From: Octopus vulgaris
Lineage: Eukaryota
Direction: 5' to 3'
DNA length: 64,000 nucleotides
NCBI GenBank assembly: GCA_951406725.2
Contig: OX597819.1
Coordinates: 52,886,001-52,950,000, forward strand
The notes under the pieces are model-generated. The model was not told the DNA's origin, made no database searches, and saw only the letters and a list, made by a program, of their open reading frames with translations. The position numbers were made by a program, and so were the translations under genes. Position 1 is the stretch's first letter. Every line of letters starts with the position of its first letter. Shown here piece after piece: positions 38,453 through 51,962 of the stretch.

Positions 38453-40176
38453 TAATTTTATATATGCAGGTGAAATGGCCAGTGGAAAAAATTTAGGTGC
38501 CAAAAGAAACATACACGGAGAGCAATGCCTGGGATACAATAAGAACATGTGTATGTGTGAGTGAGAGAGAAAGATAAAGTGAAAGGGAGGGAGGGAGAGA
38601 GAGATAGAAAAGAGAGAGTGAGAGCATGCATATATATATATATATACATGCACAAACTAGTATTTGTATACACACAGATGTACATAAATCTATTCAAATG
38701 TGTGTATATGACTTTATTAATGTGCAAGTGTGTATAAAATAATAAGGTGTTTGTGCATGTGTGTGTGTGTGTGTGAATGGAGATGTCTGTTTGCGAAAGA
38801 GTGCACGTACACATATGCTAATGCAGGTGTGAGCATGTGAGAACAGAGCAATAAAGTGTGCTTCTAAAAATCTTGTACATATGTGTTTGTATGAGAGAGA
38901 GAGAGAGAGCGAGAGCATGTGTGTGTGCTGTTATGTGTGTGAGTATATATTTCTAGATATGAAGAGAAACAGATGAAATACTTAAAAACAACAAGGGATG
39001 TACTCACTGGTTGGTCTGAAAAGTATTTATCTATGTTTGGCATATTTGCTAACCCCAAAAAGTTCTTTGAGGCCAGTGTATGTGCTTGCGTGTGTGTGTG
39101 TGTGTGTGCATGTGTGTGTGTGTGTGTGTGTGCATGCGTGTGTGTGTGTGTGTGTGCATGTGTGTGTCGGAAGAGGGCAAGGGTGGAGGAGGTACCTTGC
39201 TGTGGAATATTGTTAACAGAAGGAAGCTGGGCAAGATGTTCCGACAGACTAGGATATGAACAGAGCGAGATCATGATAAGTGTTGGTGGGGAGCAACGGT
39301 AGATGGGTAAAGGGTGGGAAGGTGGGCTGTAGGATGATGATACTTTGAGTCTGAGAGGGGCGGAAGAAGGGAAGGAGAAAGGAGTTATGAAGAAGCCAAA
39401 ATATCACACCCTTCCCAGTGTGCAGAACAAGACAGTACTAACAGGGTTGAGTTTCCATCTGGTGGCAAAGGATAAGGGGCGAGATAAACAGGCACAGGGT
39501 TTACATAACCCAAACACTACCCAAATGTTAAGAGAGGGAGAGAGAAAGAGAGGGAGATGAGAGAAAGTGAGGGAGAGAGAGAGGAAGACAGAGAGAAAGA
39601 CAACACAAAGGAGAGTGGGGTAAAATAGATGAAGAGATGTACATACATACATAAACACACACACACACACATATATACACATGTGCAACTATAATCAGGT
39701 GATGAGAAAGAGCACACTGTTTACCCAGCACTTCTAAACTGTTATCAACATGTTCTGTCCCACCTACCCACCCCCACTACAACCCCCACCACACCCACCC
39801 CCTGATGCTACCACTCATCCTATCTCATTCACATTCTGAAACCTTGTTATCAGTTTTATTTTTTCCTTTCTTTCTTTCTTTCTTTCTCAAGACTACATCC
39901 TCTTTCTTTCTCCTTAGAGAGAGAGGAAAGTTAGTCACTTCCTTATAGGTTACCCCGGGTTACTTGGTCAGCGCAAAAGGTTAGGGTTCATATTTTGTCA
40001 GTTGCATCCAGAGAAAAGAAAGGCACCATATAGAAAACTGAATAGAAAAAACAGGTTAGAATAATATTAAAATATATACTACACTTATACATCAACACGA
40101 CACACATGCATATTATAAACATATATCACACACACAAACAAACATGCAGGCACAAGATCTTCCTTCTAACTATACA

Positions 40177-40217
<41 letters not shown>

Positions 40218-40221
<4 letters not shown>

Positions 40222-41082
40222 CCTTTCTACTTTAAGCACAAGGCCCAAAATTTTGGGAGAGGACCAGTTGATTATGTCAACCCCAGTGGTACTTAATTTA
40301 TCAACCCTGACAGGATGAAAGGTAAAGCCAACTCCAGCAGCATTTGAACTCAGAACATGAAGACAGACAAAATACTGCTAAGCATTTCACCTGGTGTGCT
40401 AACTATTCTGCCAGCTTGCCACCATAATAATAATTCTTTCTACTAAAGGCACAAGGTCTGAAATTTCAGGGAAGTGGAGATAGTTGATTACACAGGTACT
40501 TATCTTATGAACCCCAAAAGGATGAAAGGCAAAGTCAACCTTGGTGGAATTTGAACTTGGAACATAAAGCCAAAAGAAATACCACTAAGCATTTTGTCTG
40601 GCCATTTTGGGGTCAATTAAATAAGTACCAGTTATGCACTGGGGTCGATGTAATCGACTTAATCCTTTTGTCTGTCCTTGTTTGTCCCCTCTATGTTTAG
40701 CCTCTCATTGGCAATAACGAAATAAATAATAATGATAATGATCATCATCATCGTTATCGTTTAACATTCATTTCCCATGCTGGCATGAGTTGGATGGTTT
40801 GACTGAGGTCTGGAAAGCCAGTGGCTGCACCAGGCCACTGGCTTTAATTATAATAATAATAATAATCCTTTCTACTAAAGGCACAAGGACTGAAATTTTG
40901 GGGGAGGGGACCAGTCGATTACATTGACCCCAGTGTTTCACTGGTACTTGATTGATTGACCCAGAAAGGATGAAAGGCTAACTCAACCTTGGTGGAATTT
41001 GAACACAGAACATAAAGATGGACGAAATGCTGTGAAGCATTTTGCCACATGTGCTAATGATTATACCAGCTCACTGCCTTAC
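40218..41082. mobile_element. Cluster of SINE B copies (minus: 40218-40423, 40435-40600, 40865-41082; plus: 40605-40725) with a family D tail (40740-40836)
   Basis: CTTTCTACT..AGGCACAAGG...GGATGAAAGG...ATTTGAAC occurs three times. The plus-strand GGGGTCAATTAAATAAGTACCAGTTATGCACTGGGGTCGATG matches 45390-45430. Confidence 0.88.
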
Positions 41083-42249
41083 ATAATGATGATGATGGTG
41101 ATTAAATGCACACATGAACTGGAAAGAATCTTAAAAGAAATAGAGCATTTAAATGAGACTAATTGCTTCTACAGTGAAAAGTTTGACCAGTCCTCTGTTT
41201 CATTAACAACAGTCCCATCCTCACACTTCAGTACAGACCTAATGAAGTTTAATTAAAGAGGAATGGAAATCAATGGTGATAACAGAAGAATGAGACACAG
41301 ATAGGAAAGACCTGCATATTAAGGGGGAAAGAGAAAGAGAGCGAAAAGTTGAAAGAGCTCAAAAAGCACCATGTGGTAAAAATAACATTATTGCACAATG
41401 TGATCTTGTATCCATTCTGATATGTTTGTCAGTCAATACGCTGGCAAGCCTTTTGTATAACCAGTCACAATTACTCATCAGAAACCAGACCCAAACCACA
41501 GATAAGAGAGGGGTCTTTTTGTGGGTTTTTTTTTTTTTGCATTTCTTTATTCTTTTCTCTTTTTTTTTTTATTGCTGCAAGTGTTGATTGAGTATTCTGT
41601 AAATTAACCCATGATTACATCTAAGAACACTCCCAAACGTTTTGTAACAAATTGAAATTAATTCTTACAATAAGAAAGAAAAAAAAAAACAGAAAATTTT
41701 TTTTTTAAATAATAAAAATACATAAAAGTAAAATTAAGATTAAGCTCAAAAATCAAGTGAACGAAAATTAATAAATTAATCTTTTGTTCACATTTCTTCG
41801 CTAAACAATCAAATGCATAGGTTTCTTGGCAACATCTTTTTACATGCATAACCATCATGACCAACACATGTGAGTAAGATGTTACCAAGCAACCTATATA
41901 TTTGAAAGCTTAGTACATACCACAGTGTCACCTTATTTCTTCCTCCATGCTTACTGATCTTTCCTTCGTGATCTGAACATAACCCGAGTTTAGTTGCTAT
42001 GTGCTATGCTCAAGTCAACAAATATCCTATCAACACTGACAAAATTAATATACTCTAGAATTGGGGTACTTAAGTGCTGCACCAATAATAGTTGTTTAAA
42101 GTTAGATTAAGCTTTATGAAAACAAGAATCTAAAACAAAAAAGGAGATTAACAGCTTTGAAATACTGAAAATACTTGAAAAGTAAATAAATGAGAAAGAA
42201 CAAAAGCAAGGAAAAAAATGACAAGGAAGTGTTTCCTGTACAACAGTGA

Positions 42250-42516
42250 GAAACTTTAGCATCTGATATGGTCTGTTGCCTTACATTGTACAACAATTGT
42301 AGAGATGGGTGGAATGTGTTCATAAATCTCCTTTTTGGTCTTGTGTTCACACATGAAATATTTTGAGTTCTCATGAAAAACCTGGCATATATTATCACCA
42401 AGGCAATCTTGAAGCTTCTTCTTCATATTCCATGTTTTAGCCCCATAGAGAAGTATACTCCTTGTGTATATCCTAAAGAAGACTAGCCTAGTTGACTTTA
42501 AAATACTTGATTGCAC
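42250..42516 (-). pseudogene. Non-LTR retrotransposon ORF2 fragment, post-RT region, RTE-like
   Basis: STRLVFFRIYTRSILLYGAKTWNMKK carries the LLYG.ETW-type motif, followed by HKTKKEIYEHIPPIS. Confidence 0.7.
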
Positions 42517-42574
42517 ATGGTTCCTTTTCTCTCTAACAGCTTTATCTCAAATTTTTTTTTCATAATACATTGTC

Positions 42575-42761
42575 TTTGTTTCAATTAACTTTGAAAATAA
42601 CAAGGAGTTTAGTAAAATAATCTTTGCCATCATTAAGTTGGCATTTATTTGGAATATAAACAGGAAATTTTGATGGAATGGTTTTAATTAAGATCTCTTT
42701 AAAATAAGAAGTTTGAATCATAGAACCAGGGGCAGTTTTGGGTGGGTTAGTATGAAAATGG
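42575..42761. mobile_element. TTAA-type MITE, diverged copy with left end decayed
   Basis: TTTAGTAAAATAA...AAATTTTGATGGAA...ATCATAGAACCAG...GGGTGGGTTAGTATGAAAATGG|TTAA is homologous to 54939-55158 and, inverted, to 50045-50259. Confidence 0.7.
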
Positions 42762-43875
42762 TTAAAGAAACTTCAAAAACAAGAACCCAGAAATGGAATT
42801 ATGTAAAATAAGAGCAAAACTAAATAAATGATTCACTAGGTATGATAAAAAAAAATTTTTTTTTAAGGACAAAAAACAACATTCTAAGGAACTCAAATTT
42901 ACAAACATTGTCTTCCCCAGACAAACAGGCTTATTTGGCAGAACAGACATTCTACACAAGAGACTCAGTCAATACAAAACAATAACATAGTACATATCTG
43001 ACAGACACATTCAAAAACATTAAAAATACAAGAAACAATGACAACACAAATGCCATGATACAGCAAACATGAACACCTTTTTAATCCCCCAAAAGACAGT
43101 AATACTACGCACACCCAAGGAAGACAGAGGTGAACATAATAATGGTGTAATAGTAATTTTGTCTCTATTTGACAAACACACACACACATACATACACATA
43201 GACAGAGGCACACAGACACACCAGATCATTTCAAAATAGTGACTATTACAAAGAGTCACACAACAACAACAACAATAACAGAACCTGTAAAATAAACAAC
43301 AAAACAATCCCTCCCACTGTTTACACAACTGTCAAATCACCTTCTACTGTATCTATGCCTCAATTCCAGCTCAGCAAATCTCTCTCTCTCTCTCTTTCTC
43401 AATCGTTGGCTGCTGTGATGTGATGGGGAAACGAACAACAGCATTAACCACAATGACAGCAACAGTCTGTTGACTCATGGTTAAGTTAAAGAATCGCTGT
43501 TAACTGCCACTGATATAATAAACATTGTTATACAACGAGTACTATGACTAGTAGATAGCATACTAATCAAGTTTCTCTCTCTCTCACTCTCTCTTTCTCT
43601 TCTATACTTTTTGTGTGTGTGTGTTTGTTTACACACTTATTTATCTATTTATCTTCTCCCCCACACCAGATAAAACTATTTACATCTCTCTCATGGTTTG
43701 TTTAGGCAAGAAATGAAACAAATTGTTTCAAACATCATAGAAATCTATTGTTTTTCTTTCCACCCACTGGTCCCCCTGCCACCACACCCTTCTCTTCTTT
43801 CAGTTTTATTTACTTTATCAATAAATAGAATATTGTGTAATCTTTCTGTGGAAATATGTGTGTGGGTGTGAGTGC

Positions 43876-43877
<2 letters not shown>

Positions 43878-43946
<69 letters not shown>
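43878..43946. repeat. (TG)n microsatellite
   Basis: Read directly from the sequence. Confidence 0.98.
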
Positions 43947-43949
<3 letters not shown>

Positions 43950-45089
43950 TTATATTTTAAAATATAATCACCCACATTCACATTCCCAGATATATAAATT
44001 GTATAGCATTTGAATTTAAATATAGATTTATGTATGAATAAACATACATATACACACACACAATAAAATTACATATTTATTTGTGTGTCTAGCATATGTG
44101 TGTGTATGTCTATAAATACATAAAGAGACACATATTTTCAAGTAAATAGCACATGCAAGTATGTGTGCACACACAATGATACTGCACATGTATATTTATA
44201 AATGCATACAGATACAAACAAATACACACACGTATGTATGTATATGTAAAGTAATTGCATATATATTTGATTTTTCAGACATGAAAAAAAAAACGTTAGA
44301 AGCAAAATGGTGATGAAACTTCGTTTTCTAGTTCACAACTAAATGCAATATTTATATATTGTATCCACCACCAATTGTCAATCTGTTTCTACACACATTA
44401 TAAACATGCAAACATCACTTACATTTTAGGTCTGGATGTGTGAGGAATAATATCTCTTATCACCATCATCATACCCTCTAAAAACAATGTGAAGTCACAT
44501 AAGATAGATTTATCAATGCCAGCATATTTTAGCTAAATAATCAAGAGGAGCTCATTGCATAGACCTGATCAACTTTTAATTGCATAACAGAACACTTGCA
44601 ATTCTTCAAGAAAGATTGCCAATGAAGGAAACAGAATATGGGTTGGTGAAAGAGAGAAATAGTACTATCTCAAAAGACTATTACATTGATTTGATGATTT
44701 TTTTTTTATCATATTTATTTTTTCTAAACTATTCCACATACACACACACACACACACTCACTCCCCCTCCCTCTCAAATTTGAAGTATAAACACAATATG
44801 TTGTGGTATTTGGGGATGGTCATCTTTTGCCAATTAAACACATGCATTATTTAGATGATCTTCACTTTAGTTTTATCAGTTATCAATTTCAACACACGTT
44901 TTCCCATCAAGAAGCTTGCAAAGCAAGTACATAAACATAATACAATAAAATATATTCATTGTATTTAAGAGTTTAATTATTAATATATTGTTAAACACCA
45001 ATACATGATTACATTGCATATATGAATTGATGGATTAATTTAGCATATATACAGAGAATTAGCGGCATATATAGCATATAAACAGAGAA

Positions 45090-45508
45090 GGCAGCAAGCT
45101 GGTAGAAACGTTAGTACACCGGGCGAAATGCTTAGCGGTAGTTCATCTGCTGTTACGTTGTGAATTCAAATTCCGCCGAGGTCGACTTTGCCTTTCATCC
45201 TTTCGGGGTCGATAAATTAAGTACCAGTTACGCACTGGGGTCGATGTAATCGACTTAATACCTATGTCTGTCCTTGTTTGTCCCCTCTATGTTTAGCCCC
45301 TTGTGGGTAATAAAGAAATAGGTATTTCATCTGGTGCTACGTTCTGAGTTCAAATTCCACCAAGGTCGACTTTGCCTTTCATCCTTTCGGGGTCAATTAA
45401 ATAAGTACCAGTTACGCACTGGGGTCGATATAATCGACTTAATCCATTTGCCTGTCCTTGTTTGTCCTTTCTGTGTGTAGCCCCTTGTGGGCAGTAAAGA
45501 AATAAGAA
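45090..45508 (+). mobile_element. SINE family B head-to-tail dimer with one target-site duplication
   Basis: Unit 1 is 45090-45320. Unit 2 is 45321-45508 and lacks the first ~47 nt. The flanks are ATAAACAGAGAA (45078-45089) and ATATACAGAGAA (45509-45520). Confidence 0.92.
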
Positions 45509-46165
45509 ATATACAGAGAATTGGCTAAAATGATAGTTGAGAACAACACATTTAAGTATACTAAAAAGAAGAAAAGTATGGATTTCACATATGATCCATA
45601 ATTATTCTCAACAACTAAATTATGAATCATGTGAAATTTATGCTTTTCTGCTTTTTTTATTCTGAGTGTGTATGTGTGGCTGCATATATGCTAACTACTA
45701 GACATGTTCTGAGGTTGATTTTTCTTGAGGAAATTTGTGGGTTTGTGCCAGAGTAAGAAACTGTTAGCACTACATATGAGGTAATTCAAAGTGAGTATAT
45801 AGTAAATCATCAAATTACACAAATATTGTCAGTTGTATATGGCGTTGCACCAGCAAACTTCCCTCTTTCAGGTCAGTAGAACAAAAGGTATAAAGTGGCC
45901 CACAATGCAGTGTTCTATTAGTGAGGTGGTGTGTGTGGGGGGGGATTTGACTAATAATGAATTGGCTGAGGAGCAGCAGATAACTTATTCCAAAATATCA
46001 TTCTTTGGTCAAAGTAAACTGTGTCTTATATAGATACAGTCACAATAATAACATAAAAAACAGCAAAATATAACAATACTCAGCTCAAGAATTTTCAGTT
46101 GATATGTATCCACACAACCATAGACTGTTGGGTGTAACTGTACAGATACTTGTTGCTGGTACATA

Positions 46166-46203
<38 letters not shown>

Positions 46204-46547
46204 CATAAATGTACTTATATACATGTATACTTTTATATGTATGTATGTGTGAGAATGCATGTATCCAAGCATATAGAGATGCATCCAAAAACAGCAATGA
46301 AGAAGACAATGCACATGAAAGGCATAATCACTTCACCCTGCTTTCACTACAGTTGCAGAGAAATATGAGAATTCTTTGTCTGCAAGCACTCAATGTTTTT
46401 GCATCTCCTTCAGTAAGTTGGTAAACTTCTTTGATACTTCTAGCTTCATCAATATTTCCTTGAGAGGATCACAGAAACTATGTCAAACACATCATTCAGG
46501 TTGACAAACATTACAAAGAAACCTCCCATTTTACTCAATACCAGCAC

Positions 46548-46664
46548 AAGCATGGCTGCATGGTCAAGAACTTTTCTTCCCAACCATGTAGCTTTGGGTT
46601 CAGTCTCACTGTGAGACACCTTAGACAAGCGTCTTTTTAGTGAATTTGATGATGGAAACTGAAA
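46548..46664 (+). mobile_element. SINE family A head fragment
   Basis: CATGGCTGCATGGTCAAGAA...GGGTTCAGTCTCACTGTG...GGAAACTGAA. Confidence 0.7.
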
Positions 46665-46685
46665 TATATATATATATATATATAC

Positions 46686-46944
46686 ATGCCGCCTTGACTG
46701 GCATTCATGCCAGTGGCACATAAAAAGCACCAACCGATCGTGGTTGTTGCCAGCCTCCCCTGGCCCCTGTGCCGGTGGCATGTAAAAAGCACCCACTACA
46801 CTTATGAAGTGGCTAGTGTTAGGAAGGGCATCCAGCTGTAGAAACACTGCCAGATCAGACTGGAGCCTGGTGCAGCCTCCTGGCTTCCCAGACCCTGGTC
46901 AAACTGTTAGCAAAATGGACATTAAACGATGATGATGATGATGA

Positions 46945-46948
<4 letters not shown>
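46686..46948 (+). mobile_element. RTE-LINE tail (family D) inserted in (TA)n
   Basis: GGCACATAAAAAGCACC...AGGAAGGGCATCCAGCTGTAGAAACACTGCCAGATCAGACTGGAG...GGACATTAAACGATGATGAT, with (TA)n on both sides. Confidence 0.9.
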
Positions 46949-46980
<32 letters not shown>

Positions 46981-48984
46981 AATCATGAGGATGACTGATT
47001 AGCTTCAGTTATGGAAAATTTTGGAAGACAAGCATTTTAAAAGCTTTTACTCCATTCTCTTTCTGGAAGCTTTATCTATAAATCTTGTTGCTGGAAACTG
47101 AAATATACATTCCAAAATCCACTGGCACGAATTAAACTTGATGCAGCTTTTGTACGTGTTACATTTGAAAAAAATCATTTAAATTCAGAGAAGCTATTTA
47201 TTACTAAATCTGAATCTTATATAATTTCACAAATTCCATTTTACTATATATATAAAAAAAAACAAAAAGGGCATTATAGAATAGAGAGATGACAGCATAC
47301 AGAAAAAGTATATCCTAAAATTTGGAAAATGTAGAACTTACAACTAAAAATGTTTAGGTAGTATACAGCAAATGATTATGTAGGAAAATTTACATGTTAT
47401 CACTAATGCAGAAATTATATTTACGTTGATATTTTAATTTAAATATGAATCTGCAAAAGCAAGCAGTCTCAGGTGCTTCGGTATTCTTCACTAACAGACA
47501 GTATCAATTTGGTTGGTAATGAAATGGGGAAAACATTTTGTAAAACTTTTTAGGATTGGAATATATTCCAAAGATGTTTCAAAAACATAAATTTCCCTGA
47601 AGTGAAAGTGTTTAAAACATGCTGCATTTGAGAATGGAGTCAGTCAACTCTTTGAAACAAAACTGATGCAAAAACCAGGGAATAAAATATCTTGAACTAT
47701 GAAATAATAATAATGATGATGGAACAATCGACACATTTATTGCAAAGAATGCATAAAGTTTGTTTGTAAATCAAACCAGAAGCTGCCTCTGCAAGAGAAA
47801 AAGTTTTATTTGTGACTTTTGTCTCTCTAGCAGACCACTGAAGAAATGATAGTCATACACTGATTTTGTCCCATAAACTAGTACCAAATAATGCAGTTGT
47901 GGAATTTTGGAAATTCTAGTTTATTGCTACATCAGCATCATCGCCTATTTTCATATACTCAGCAAACTGTGAAAATCTTCATCAAATGGCAACATTTATT
48001 CTCACTAGAAATTTAATTGCTCTTTAACCATGACAACACAACTTAAGCTTACACAAATTTTACAGGCCAGCTCTTCTGTCTTTACTTGTGTTATCAAGTG
48101 GCAAATGATTTAGATGCTCAGGATAAGAAGTAAACAATCTGCTTTATGTGATAGCACATAGCTTAACCTGCATCGTTTATGCAACCAATATTTCTTTTCT
48201 TTTTGCTTTTTAAACATCTTTTAGGTGTCAGTCCTTGCTATAAGCTTCAACCGGCATAAGTGTTTACTAAAACAACAATACTTTTATTAACACTTGAAAT
48301 AGATTTCAGTTGCCAGACAAAACAAACTTATAATCTTCTTTGATCATACATAAGTCTACTCGATCCAGGCTGACCCAGGCTAAACAACAACAATAAAAAC
48401 CTATAATCTCTTCAAAGAATCACTGGAGTAATCAAATTTAGATCTGCACATTAAGCTGGTGTGAATTGCCTGGCACAATATTTTTATAACACCAAATTTC
48501 TGCTAACTTACCACTTGCAACTTCAGCTGTTAATTAACATTGCACCAGGGTTGTCTATTTAAACGCAGCGGCTGAGCAGTGTTGCCAGAAAACTAGTGAG
48601 TGGATGAGAGGGAATGGGTCTCTAAAGTTTAATTAGCCTTTTCTTCTCACATTTAACTATCATCTTTTTGTTTTACACCAGTCTAATGGCATGATCATTG
48701 GCTGATCTTTGAATAAAAATAATCAGTTAGCCATCTGTGAGATTGATTAACATGTCAATAGTGCATGTATACACATGCATGTTTGTGTGTGTATCTATCC
48801 ATCCATGCAAGCAAACCAGCTTCAGTTTGCATTGCTTATCAGAAATTGTTTCTTCCCTAAACAAAGCTTGCAACCAATCTAGACTGTCAGCTCCAACATA
48901 TATATATCAAAATAAGAAGGGTTTTAATTTACACATAAACATCAACAGGATTTTATTAGTCAACCTAGAGCTTTCTTTTTTTCT

Positions 48985-49300
48985 CTCATTGGTTTCAGCT
49001 GCAGGACTGTGGCCATGCTGGGGTAGCACCTCTAAGGATTTTGGTCAATAACAATGGCTCCATTATTTATTTAATAGGTCTCTATTTAGCATATGCTAAG
49101 TTAAATTTTGACATAAAGAGACATACTGATTTATAGAGATAAACATAAACACTTATAAATACTAGACTTCTACACTGTCCCTGCTTATCAAATTCCTCAC
49201 TAGTCATTGAGAAATTCAAGGTTACACTAACATGCTTACCCAAAGTGTTATGCAGTGGAATCAAACCCAGAACTATGTGGTTGCAAAATGAAATGGTTAT
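48985..49300 (-). mobile_element. Highly diverged SINE family A
   Basis: GGACTGTGGCCATGCTGGGG...GCTAAGTTA...TATCAAATTCCTCAC...GCAGTGGAATCAAACCCAGAACTATGTGGTTG. Confidence 0.65.
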
Positions 49301-49691
49301 ATCTGTGCATGGTACAAGCCCCAACATTTCAGTTCAGCAGTAGGGTTCGTATTAAATTCCAAAATCAATAAATACCTAATTCTACTCAAATATCACATAA
49401 TGAACAAAAGTATGAAGATCACTCAAGCTTCAAAGCACAAACATCGCAACATAAGACTATTATGATCATCTAAATATTACACAATAAATCACATACTTAA
49501 TCAATGTTGATTTATTTTTGGTTAGATACAAGTAATAATTTCTATATGGAGAGTATAGTTGATTGAATCAATTTTCTCATTTTGGCACTTATTTCATTAA
49601 TACCAAATGAATGAAAGGTGGTAAGATTCGAACTTAAAAACTGTCTTTCCAACTCTAATTCACAAAATTGTACCATTTTTAATGCTGGTCT

Positions 49692-49820
49692 CCTCAAATT
49701 CTGCCAAGATCAACTTTGCTTTTCACCCTCTCAGAATTGATAAAATAAGTACCAGTCAAGCACTGGGGTCAACTTATCCCCTCCTTTGTAATTGCTGGCC
49801 TTGTGGCAAATCTGAAATCA
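49692..49820 (+). mobile_element. SINE family B fragment
   Basis: TCAAATTCTGCCAAGATCAACTTTGCTTTTCA...GATAAAATAAGTACCAGTCAAGCACTGGGGTC. Confidence 0.75.
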
Positions 49821-50044
49821 GTGCTGGTCTCCTCCTCCTATCTTATATCTATTTTTCTTAGCTTGTAAGAAATAGAAGTGGGGATTCCTTTTAAAGCAAA
49901 TATTTTCCATCTGGATGCTCTTGCAACCATTAACCACTCAAGTGAGTAAAACCTGCTTTTGTCAGTTCAGCATAATAGAGTAAGCAAAGTTATGTGCCTT
50001 GTTCAAAGCAAAGTTTAATAGCTATTTGAAGATCAACACCTTAA

Positions 50045-50259
50045 TCCTTTTGATACCAACCCACCTGAGACCACCTCTGGTTCTATGATACAAACTTCCT
50101 GTTGTAAAGTGGTCTAAATTAAAACCTTCCATCAAATTTCATGTTAATTTATATTCCAAACACTAGCTTAATGATGGCAAAGATATTGTACTAAATCTTT
50201 ATTCTTTTCAAATTGACAAAGGCATAGTGTACTTCAAAGGAACTGTGATAACAAAAGGG
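50045..50259. mobile_element. TTAA-flanked piggyBac-like MITE
   Basis: TTAA|TCCTTTTGATACC...GATAACAAAAGGG|TTAA. The interior is an inverted homolog of 54939-55158. Confidence 0.8.
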
Positions 50260-51696
50260 TTAAGCTCTTAGTAAATGTGCTTCTAGGGATTAGTTTCCAC
50301 ACAACTAATTGATTATTTACAACTAAGTCTTGTGGTTCAATTCAAAACTTGATTTTATGTAGAACATGTGGTATCTACACTATCTCAATACCAGCCTGAC
50401 TGTTACTGTACCAAAACTAAGCAATGTTAACATGCCATTAAAAGAAGCAATATCCAAATGTGTCCTTCCTTGTTTAAGATGGGGTTCAAGTTGAGAGAGA
50501 TTTGGCTGCTATTACTAGAAGGCTTGGCAACCACATAGAGATTTCTCAGATTTGATATCCAAGAATTTAAGCAGCATGATGTCAGAAACAACCAAACATT
50601 TATTTGGCTAGCTAAACCTTTTCCTACATGATGTAGGAAATGCTAAATAGATATGATATTTGACAAGCATTACAAGACGGTTTGAGTTCAAATTCACTAC
50701 AAGGTATTCAAATATACAAGCCTTATTTCATAGCTTGAAATAGATATTGGACCATTTTTGGATTTTTTTCTTTTTTTAAGTAATAAACTGACATCTCCTA
50801 AGGAAAAAAAAAATTCTCTGCCACTTAACACCTTTAAAACAGAACTAAATACTAACTCTTGTGGAAGCTCCAAGAAGCATATACATTTCATGATTCTTGA
50901 CAGTAGCAGATTTAGGGTCAATCACTGGTTTCCATAATGGTTGGGTTTTGCTGTACAACCCCTATTCAATTTACTATTTATGTTATGATAAGTACAATGC
51001 AAAGTAAACTCTTAAGATGAACACACACCTACACATACAAATACAAACACATACATGGACACAAGCACACATACTCCTACATAAATATACACATGGACAT
51101 AAAGATGTATAAGTACACAAATGAGGTACGCCAATGAACACAGACACAGACACATGCATGCATTCATAGACATGGACAAGTGTGCATGCACGCGCATGCA
51201 CACACACACGCACACACACACATTAAGCTTAATACAACAATGGAAACCACAATAATGGATGTAGAAAGAATGGTAATGCAGAGATATTAGCTAACTGGAA
51301 GGAATGAGAAGTTGAGTGACGTGTTAGTGACATAGAAGAGTGTAATAAACCATTCCTGCAAGAAGTGATGACCATTAACAAGACAGCAGAATTCAATAAG
51401 GTGTGGTCACTTGAGTTTTCATTGTTGTCGATGTTGTTGTTGTTCAATGCTTAGACAGTTGCTTTCAGAGAAAGTAACAATAGGAAGGAATCATTGAAAT
51501 ATGGAGACAATTTAGCAATATTACTTAAAGCAGAGAAGTGGAGTGGATGGGAGTGGAGTAAGGTATGGGAGGAGGGAGAGAGAAAGGGAGATGTGAGTAT
51601 GATTGCATGCTGAGTGTAGTGTTTGGAGGAGAGAGATAGTTTGGAAGAGAAAGATAGTTTGGAGGAAAGAGAGCAGACAAGAGAGTGGTGAGGGAC

Positions 51697-51733
<37 letters not shown>

Positions 51734-51924
51734 GATAAGAGATGAGTGATAGGTAAAGAGAGAGAGAGAGAAAAGAATGACTATAGTAGAAAAGTATGAA
51801 GCAATCATGTGGGAAGGATCAAAGAAAAAGATGAGAAAGAGAGAGGTGCAAAAGAGAGAATTTGGAGGACAGTTGGAGAAAGAAATGAAAAGAGTGTATG
51901 TATGTATGTATGTATGTATGTATA

Positions 51925-51962
<38 letters not shown>

